Source of the DNA: Cereibacter sphaeroides 2.4.1
Lineage (GTDB): Bacteria > Pseudomonadota > Alphaproteobacteria > Rhodobacterales > Rhodobacteraceae
Assembly: GCF_000012905.2 (NCBI RefSeq)
Contig: NC_007493.2
Location: forward strand, 3,000,001 to 3,032,000
Direction of reading: 5' to 3'
DNA length: 32,000 bases
Part shown: positions 27,166 through 32,000 of the stretch, in pieces
How positions within the stretch are numbered: the first letter of the stretch is position 1
Layout: the number at the start of each line of letters is the position of its first letter
The notes under the pieces: model-generated
Databases searched by the model: none
What the model saw: only the letters and a program-made list of their open reading frames with translations
What the model was told of the DNA's origin: nothing
Program-made: the position numbers and the translations under genes

Positions 27166-28104
27166 ATGCGCAGGGTCCGTCTTGTCCGTCTGCTGTTCGT
27201 GTTCAACCTCATGATTGCGGTCATGATGGGGGCAGGGATCGCGCTCTGGACGCCCGACCTGCCACGGGCAGAGCTCGAGGGGCGCTATCTCGCCCGGCCG
27301 GGCGATCTGGTGTCGGTGGCGGGCACCACGATCCACATGCGCGACCGCGGCCCGAAGGGCGCGCCCGCCGTCATCCTCATTCACGGCTTCGGATCGAGCC
27401 TGCATACCTGGAGCGCCTGGCAGGACCGGATGGCCGCCACCCGGCATGTCATCAGCTTCGATCTGCCCGGCCTGGGCCTCTCGCCGCCCGATGCGACCGG
27501 AGACTATTCCGACCGGCGGGTGGCCGAAATCCTGATCGCCATCATGGACCGAGCGGGCCTGCATCAGGCCGACCTGATCGGCAATTCCATCGGCGGGCGC
27601 ATCGCCTTCACCTTCGCCGCCGCCCACCCCGAACGCGTGCGCAAGCTCGTCCTCGTGTCGCCCGACGGCTACGAGAGCCCGGGCTTCACCTATGGCGAGG
27701 CGCCCGAGGTGCCGCTTCTTGCCGAGGCTCTGCGCTACTGGCTGCCGCGGCCGCTGCTGCGCCTGTCGCTCGGCATGGCCTATGCCGATCCCAATGTCAT
27801 GTCCGACCAGATCGTCAGCCGCTACTACGATCTGATCCGCGCACCGGGTGTCCGCGAGGCGCTGATCGACCGGATGCGGCAGACCGTCCTCGTCCCGCCC
27901 GAGACGCTGCTGGCGCGGGTGCACGCGCCGACGCTGCTCCTCTGGGGCGAGGAGGATGCGGTGATCCCGGTCTCGAACGCCCCGTCCTACGCGCGGGCCC
28001 TGCCCGATGTGCGCACCGTGCTCCTGCCCCGCATGGGCCATGTGCCGCAGGAAGAGGGGCCTGACCGCTCGCTCGCCCCGGTCGAGGCCTTTCTCGCCGG
28101 CTGA
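27166..28104 (+). CDS. alpha/beta-fold hydrolase with N-terminal membrane anchor
   Basis: It starts MRRVRLVRLLFVFNLMIAVMMGAGIAL (TM helix). It has the oxyanion motif ILIHGFGSS, the nucleophile elbow GNSIGG, and a C-terminal GHVPQEE. The ATG at 27166 is internal to ORF 26944..28104. Confidence 0.88.
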   Translation: MRRVRLVRLLFVFNLMIAVMMGAGIALWTPDLPRAELEGRYLARPGDLVSVAGTTIHMRDRGPKGAPAVILIHGFGSSLHTWSAWQDRMAATRHVISFDLPGLGLSPPDATGDYSDRRVAEILIAIMDRAGLHQADLIGNSIGGRIAFTFAAAHPERVRKLVLVSPDGYESPGFTYGEAPEVPLLAEALRYWLPRPLLRLSLGMAYADPNVMSDQIVSRYYDLIRAPGVREALIDRMRQTVLVPPETLLARVHAPTLLLWGEEDAVIPVSNAPSYARALPDVRTVLLPRMGHVPQEEGPDRSLAPVEAFLAG

Positions 28105-28125
28105 AGCCGTCCTTCATGCCCTACA

Positions 28126-28150
28126 GGAACCGGCGAAGGTTCAATGCGTT
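28126..28150 (+). promoter_or_regulatory. ECF sigma-type promoter GGAAC-N16-CGTT (EcfG-like consensus)
   Basis: GGAAC lies at 28126-28130, followed by exactly 16 nt and then CGTT at 28147-28150. This sits 35-50 nt upstream of the candidate starts of the PLDc_N gene. Confidence 0.5.
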
Positions 28151-28185
28151 GGCCGACAGATGAGTTCGCAGAAGGGATCCTGCAC

Positions 28186-28389
28186 ATGGAAATGAATATG
28201 TTTCAGCTTCGCGGCTTCGGCGGCCTGATCATCCTTGCGCTGGATCTCTGGGCCTTGGTATCCATTCTCGGCTCCTCCGCCTCGACCGGGCGGAAGGTGC
28301 TCTGGGCGCTGATCGTGATCCTGCTCCCGGTGATCGGCTTCATCCTGTGGCTGATCTTCGGGCCGCGCGGAGCCTCCCGCGGGATCTGA
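28186..28389 (+). CDS. PLDc_N-domain small membrane protein
   Basis: FGGLIILALDLWALVSILGSSASTGRKVLWALIVILLPVIGFILWLIFGPR is the two-TM PLD-nuclease-N-terminal motif. Possible starts are 28186, 28192 and 28198. The track start at 28144 would lie inside the putative promoter. Confidence 0.75.
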   Translation: MEMNMFQLRGFGGLIILALDLWALVSILGSSASTGRKVLWALIVILLPVIGFILWLIFGPRGASRGI

Positions 28390-28444
28390 CCGCCCCAGGT
28401 TCCGGCCCGCATGTGCGCGGGCCGACCAGAGGGAGAAAGAGTGG

Positions 28445-28906
28445 ATGGTCGGGATCAGATCCTACGGTGCGCCGGAACCCGCGGCGCTGGATGCCCTCGA
28501 GACGCTGCATCTGCGCTCCCTCGACGTTCTGGCCGGGTTCGAGACCATGGTGGAGCGGGCCGAGCCCGCGTTCCGGCCCACCGCCGCGCGGTTTCGCGAT
28601 CTGCACCGCGTTCAATCGGAGGAGCTGGCCGAGATGATCGCCCGCTTCGGACGCGAGCCCGAGAGCAAGGGCAGCCTCATGTCCACCGTCAACCGTGCGG
28701 TCGTCTCGCTTCGGTCGCTGGTGAACGGCGTCGATGGCAATATCATCGACCAGATTCAGGACGGAGAGCAGCATGTGGTCACCGCCTTCGACGATGCGCT
28801 GGGCGAGGGGCAACCGATCGACGTGACCGCACGGCTCCGCTCGATGCGGCGCGAACTCTGCCTCCTCCTGTTCGAGACCCAGGCCGCCGCCGCCACAGGC
28901 CGGTGA
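28445..28906 (+). CDS. PA2169/DUF2383 family four-helix-bundle (ferritin-like) protein
   Basis: 153 aa. The pattern LDALETLHLRSLDVLAGFETMVERAE...GSLMSTVNRAVVSLRS...IIDQIQDGEQHVVTAFDDAL fits the family as I remember it. GGGAGAAAGAG lies upstream of the ATG. Confidence 0.78.
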   Translation: MVGIRSYGAPEPAALDALETLHLRSLDVLAGFETMVERAEPAFRPTAARFRDLHRVQSEELAEMIARFGREPESKGSLMSTVNRAVVSLRSLVNGVDGNIIDQIQDGEQHVVTAFDDALGEGQPIDVTARLRSMRRELCLLLFETQAAAATGR

Positions 28907-28952
28907 GACCCCGGCCTTCGCCCTCTGCACCGGACCGACCCTCCCGCCCGCA

Positions 28953-29375
28953 TCAGCCGCTTGCGTCGGCGTCTCCCTTGGACAGGGACGCGGCGATGGT
29001 CCTGTGGAGCTCCGCCACGTCCTCGGGGCCGCTCAGATCCAGCCGCTCGAGGTCGGGCGCAAGGGCGCGAAGTTCCTTGCGGGACACGATTCGCATGGAC
29101 CAGTCCGGGAAGCGGCGCGCGGTGATCGGCTCGAGGTCGAAGGCGAGGATCTCCTGATGCCGGGGGTCGGCAGAGATCAGGCGGAAGAGCTCGTCGCAGG
29201 CCGAGCGCGGCCCTTCGATGGTCTGCACGAAATGCACGCCGTTGTAGAGCAGGATGCCGGTGATGCCGAGGCGCAGGTTCCTGACCCGGCTCGCCCGCAT
29301 GATCTGCACGATGTCCGCCACCGGATCGGCCAGCCGCACGCGGCTTCGATAGGTCAGGGATACCAGCTCATCCAT
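28953..29375 (-). CDS. blrB: short BLUF-domain blue-light photoreceptor (BlrB-like)
   Basis: 140 aa. The BLUF hallmarks are all present: Tyr in LTYRSRV, Gln in FVQTIEG, and Trp/Met in FPDWSM. The length and sequence match my recollection of R. sphaeroides BlrB. Confidence 0.92.
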   Translation of the reverse strand: MDELVSLTYRSRVRLADPVADIVQIMRASRVRNLRLGITGILLYNGVHFVQTIEGPRSACDELFRLISADPRHQEILAFDLEPITARRFPDWSMRIVSRKELRALAPDLERLDLSGPEDVAELHRTIAASLSKGDADASG

Positions 29376-29446
29376 GCTGCCAGTGTGAAGGAGCCTGTGG
29401 TCGCTGCAAGGCCAAACTGCAGACTGAGGACTGCGGTTGCGCCGCC

Positions 29447-30034
29447 TCAGTTCAGGTGCCGGCCGCGGCGCGAGCGGCTGCCTTCCTGCAGGAGATCGAC
29501 CAGCCGCTGCCGCAGCTCCTCGTCGCGCTCGGGCATCCGGCCGGGCGTCTCGATGAGGGCGCGCAGCGCGCTCTCGACCAGCCGGTCGGCCGAGGGCCCG
29601 TCCGGCATCAACTCGCGCGCGTGCAGGCGCAGGTCGCGCACGAGCCGGTCGAGATCGGCCGAGGACGTGCGTTCGGCCAGTTCGATCTGGCGCGCCAGCT
29701 GGCGCAGCATCGCGCGCGCTCCGCAGGGCTTGGCGAAGAACATCACGCGGTGGAACCGGTCGGGCACCGACGTGCGATCGGCCGCGGTGCAGAAGACGAA
29801 GGGCACGCTCCGGTTCAGCAGGCAGTCCGCCAGCTCGTAGCTCTGCTCGGATCCGAGCCGTATGTCGAGGACGGCGGCATCCACCTCGTCGAGCCGGTGG
29901 ATCGCCTCGTGGATGTCGGCGAAGGGTCCGATCACCCGATGGCCCATGCGGCCAAGGTCCCGGGCCAGGTCCTGCGCCTGTATGTGGTCGTCTTCGACCA
30001 CGAGGATGCGAAGGGACAGGGCAACATTCTGCAT
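29447..30034 (-). CDS. response regulator: N-terminal receiver plus ~75-aa C-terminal domain of unknown family
   Basis: MQNVALSLRILVVEDDHIQAQDL...AAVLDIRLG...FVFCTAA...FAKP carries the acidic pocket, phospho-Asp, Thr and Lys of a receiver domain. The ATG at 30034 is internal to ORF 29447..30226. The gene lies 71 bp upstream of blrB on the same strand. Confidence 0.88.
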   Translation of the reverse strand: MQNVALSLRILVVEDDHIQAQDLARDLGRMGHRVIGPFADIHEAIHRLDEVDAAVLDIRLGSEQSYELADCLLNRSVPFVFCTAADRTSVPDRFHRVMFFAKPCGARAMLRQLARQIELAERTSSADLDRLVRDLRLHARELMPDGPSADRLVESALRALIETPGRMPERDEELRQRLVDLLQEGSRSRRGRHLN

Positions 30035-30375
30035 CGAGAACCTCTCGGGACTGATGCGGAATGAACCGGATCGGCGGCCCGAAGTTCCGGGCCGCCGCGG
30101 AGTCCGGTGGATGGCGGGAATGGCGATCTGGCGGCTGCCGCAGGACGCGCCTGACCTGTGCCCCCGATGGCGGCCGGGAAAGTTGACAGCCGTACAGATG
30201 TCAGGGTGGGGCAGGGTGCCGAGCATCGCATCTCATCGGGGCTGGAGCCTGACCCGTCTGTCCGGCCGCAGGGGCTTTCCGCGAGGTGCCGGTGCCTCTC
30301 CGATGACATGGTCCGATCTGAAAATCCACTTCATGCGAGCAGATGCTCTCCGACATGGTCGGAGCCGGGACCGAG

Positions 30376-30828
30376 GCGCAGGGCCGACGGTGCCGTGTTG
30401 CCGGTGTCGGGCCAGAGGGCGAGCCGCGGTCCCGGGGGCAGGGCGAGCGGTTGCCGGAGAGCGGGCGCAGAGCCGCGACGGTGCCGTGTTGCCGGTGTCG
30501 GGCCAGAGGGCGAGCCGCGGTCCTGTGGGCAGGGCGAGCGGTTGCCGGTGAGCGTGCGCAGAGCCGCGACGGTGCCGTGTTGCCGGTGTCGGGTCAGAGG
30601 GCGAGCCGCGGCCCTGTGGGCAGGGCGAGCGGTTGCTGGTGAGCGTGCGCAGAGCCGCGACAGTGCCGCGTTGCCGGTGTCGGGTCAGAGAGCGAGTTGC
30701 GGTCCCGGGGGCCGGGCGAGCGGTTGCTGGTGAGCGTGCGCAGAGCCGCGACGGTGCCATGTTGCCGGTGTCGGGCCAGCGGGCGAGCCGCAATCCCGGC
30801 GGCAGGGCGACCGCGCGGAGCCGCCGCA
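30376..30828. repeat. tandem array, 5 copies of a ~91-bp unit (89+91+91+91+91)
   Basis: Unit starts (GCGCAG) are at 30376, 30465, 30556, 30647 and 30738. The anchor GTTGCCGGTGTCGGG occurs at 30397, 30488, 30579, 30670 and 30761. Scattered substitutions separate the copies, and the 3' third of the last copy is degenerate. Confidence 0.92.
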
Positions 30829-30832
30829 GGCC

Positions 30833-30849
30833 TTTACGCGGCCTTTACG
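30833..30849 (+). promoter_or_regulatory. KdpE-like (OmpR-family) direct repeat TTTACG-N5-TTTACG
   Basis: The hexamers at 30833-30838 and 30844-30849 are 11 bp centre to centre. I remember the E. coli KdpE site as TTTATA-N5-TTTACA. The repeat lies about 80-90 bp upstream of the first kdp micro-ORF. Confidence 0.45.
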
Positions 30850-30925
30850 GAGAAGCGCCCTATCCCGAATGGCGCCCTTACGCGGCTTCGGGCGAGCCTT
30901 CGGCCATCCCATTCAGGAGCGGAAG

Positions 30926-31009
30926 ATGACCGATCTTGCCTATCTCGTTCTCGGCCTCGGAGGCTTCGCGGCCTTTGCCGCCCTCGTGGCGGCTCTCGGG
31001 CGCAGTTGA
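30926..31009 (+). CDS. 27-aa hydrophobic micro-ORF, KdpF-like, upstream of kdpF
   Basis: ATG 30926 is preceded by AGGAG at 7 nt. The product [27 protein letters not shown] is a single TM helix. It shares LGL...F..LVAAL.R with the downstream KdpF. Confidence 0.45.
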   Translation: MTDLAYLVLGLGGFAAFAALVAALGRS

Positions 31010-31021
31010 GGAGAGCCACCG

Positions 31022-31108
31022 ATGTTCGAACCCATTCTGGGCCTTGCGGTTGCCGCGGGCCTCTTCGTCTATCTCGTGGCGGCGCTCGTCCGCCCCGACC
31101 GGTTCTGA
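31022..31108 (+). CDS. kdpF: K+-transporting ATPase subunit F
   Basis: The 28-aa product [28 protein letters not shown] fits the KdpF pattern (GL...YLv.AL..Pe.F). GAGGAGAG lies upstream. It ends 7 nt before kdpA. It is too short for the ORF track. Confidence 0.8.
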   Translation: MFEPILGLAVAAGLFVYLVAALVRPDRF

Positions 31109-31115
31109 GGGTCCC

Positions 31116-32000
31116 ATGTCAGAGATCTGGGGCCTTCTCCTCTTTCTTGCGGCGCTGGCGGGCGGCGGCTGGCTGCTCGGCGCCGGCATGGCGCGCCTTT
31201 ATGCGGGCGACGGCCTGCCCGCCGGCCGGCGTCTCCTCGGGCGGAGCGCCCGGCCGCAGGGCTGGACCGACTATGCCATGGCCGTGCTCGCCTTCAATGC
31301 CGCGGGCTTTCTGGCGCTCTATGCGCTGCTGCGGCTGCAGGGCCTCCTGCCGCTGAACCCCGACGGGGTGGCGGGCATGGCGCCCGACCTCGCCTTCAAC
31401 ACCGCGCTGAGCTTCGTCACCAACACCAACTGGCAGGCCTACAGCGGCGAGGCGCAGCTCAGCTACCTCGCGCAGATGCTGGGCCTGACGGTGCAGAACT
31501 TCGTATCCGCGGGCACCGGCATGGCGGTGGGCGTCGCGGTGATCCGCGGCTTCACCGCGCCGAAGGGAGAGAGCCTCGGCAACTTCTGGACCGACCTCTC
31601 GCGCTCGGTGCTCTGGGTGCTCCTGCCGCTGTCGGCGGGGCTCGCGCTCATCCTCATCCTGCAGGGCGTGCCGCAGACGCTGCTGGGCGCCGTGCGGGCC
31701 ACGACCCTCGAGGGGGCCGAGCAGATCATCGCCCGCGGCCCGGCCGCGAGCCAGATCGCGATCAAGCAGCTCGGCACCAACGGCGGCGGCTTCTTCGGGG
31801 TCAACTCGGCCCACCCGTTCGAGAATCCGACGATCCTGTCGGACCTCGTGCAATGCTACGCGATCCTCGTGATCCCGGTGGCCTTCTGCTTCCTCTTCGG
31901 CCGCATGGCGGGCGACGGGCGGCAGGGGCGGGCGATCTTCGCCGCCATGTCGGTCCTGTTCCTTGCGGGTCTGGCCGTCATCCTGTGGCAGGAGAGCGCG
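31116..32000 (+). CDS. kdpA: K+-transporting ATPase subunit A (N-terminal part; runs off the window)
   Basis: My translation from ATG 31116 reads [22 protein letters not shown]...[45 protein letters not shown], the KdpA selectivity-region signature. The frame is open to base 32000. Confidence 0.94.
   Translation, partial: MSEIWGLLLFLAALAGGGWLLGAGMARLYAGDGLPAGRRLLGRSARPQGWTDYAMAVLAFNAAGFLALYALLRLQGLLPLNPDGVAGMAPDLAFNTALSFVTNTNWQAYSGEAQLSYLAQMLGLTVQNFVSAGTGMAVGVAVIRGFTAPKGESLGNFWTDLSRSVLWVLLPLSAGLALILILQGVPQTLLGAVRATTLEGAEQIIARGPAASQIAIKQLGTNGGGFFGVNSAHPFENPTILSDLVQCYAILVIPVAFCFLFGRMAGDGRQGRAIFAAMSVLFLAGLAVILWQESA

Noticed and set aside
30391-30405. Sigma-54-like GG...GC element (GGTGCCGTGTTGC) in every repeat unit
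   Set aside because: The GG-to-GC spacing is one nucleotide shorter than in TGGCAC-N5-TTGC, and the -24 element is GGTGCC, not GGCAC. Sigma-54 does not tolerate altered spacing.
30376-30828. CRISPR array
   Set aside because: The repeats are contiguous 91-bp units with no unique spacers between them, and no cas genes are in the window. It is a tandem repeat, not a CRISPR.
30158-30929. ORFs 30158..30733(+), 30343..30642(+), 30633..30929(+), 30233..30793(-) and 30685..30912(-) across the repeat
   Set aside because: The 91-bp period is not divisible by 3, so these frames simply rotate through the same DNA. The products are Arg/Cys/Pro/Gly-rich low-complexity strings (RAATVPCCRCRARGRAA...) with no SD.

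Overview
High-GC alphaproteobacterial chromosome segment. The gene content and a 140-aa BLUF protein that I recognise from memory as BlrB point to Cereibacter/Rhodobacter sphaeroides or a close relative; I cannot verify this here. 1-11.4 kb is an origin-proximal housekeeping block: mnmG-mnmE-rho-hemJ, then maf-aroE-coaE-dnaQ, secB-fxsA, and tim44-like-mltA-smr. Between hemJ and maf lies an AT-richer 415-bp divergent spacer (4770-5184) with one perfect and three one-mismatch DnaA boxes, a candidate oriC. 11.4-18.7 kb holds a VOC protein, a LacI-type regulator with two operator-like palindromes, and a sugar locus (TIM-barrel isomerase/epimerase, Gfo/Idh/MocA dehydrogenase, ABC ATPase, permease, binding protein). 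18.7-21.7 kb holds an unexplained spacer, a hypothetical protein, an H-NS-like protein, a nitronate monooxygenase and a small glycine-zipper lipoprotein. 21.8-26.9 kb is a translationally coupled operon (PhaC-like synthase, FabI-like reductase, MaoC-Pta fusion, AckA) preceded by an FNR-type box. 27-30 kb holds an alpha/beta hydrolase, an ECF-type promoter ahead of a PLDc_N micro-membrane protein and a four-helix-bundle protein, the BLUF photoreceptor, and an orphan response regulator with an unassigned C-terminal domain. 30.4-30.8 kb contains five tandem copies of a 91-bp non-coding unit that abuts a KdpE-like direct repeat. Two KdpF-like micro-ORFs and kdpA follow; kdpA runs off the window. 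I found no rRNA, tRNA, transposase or CRISPR. Many long ORFs in the supplied track are GC-driven antisense or alternative-frame artefacts.
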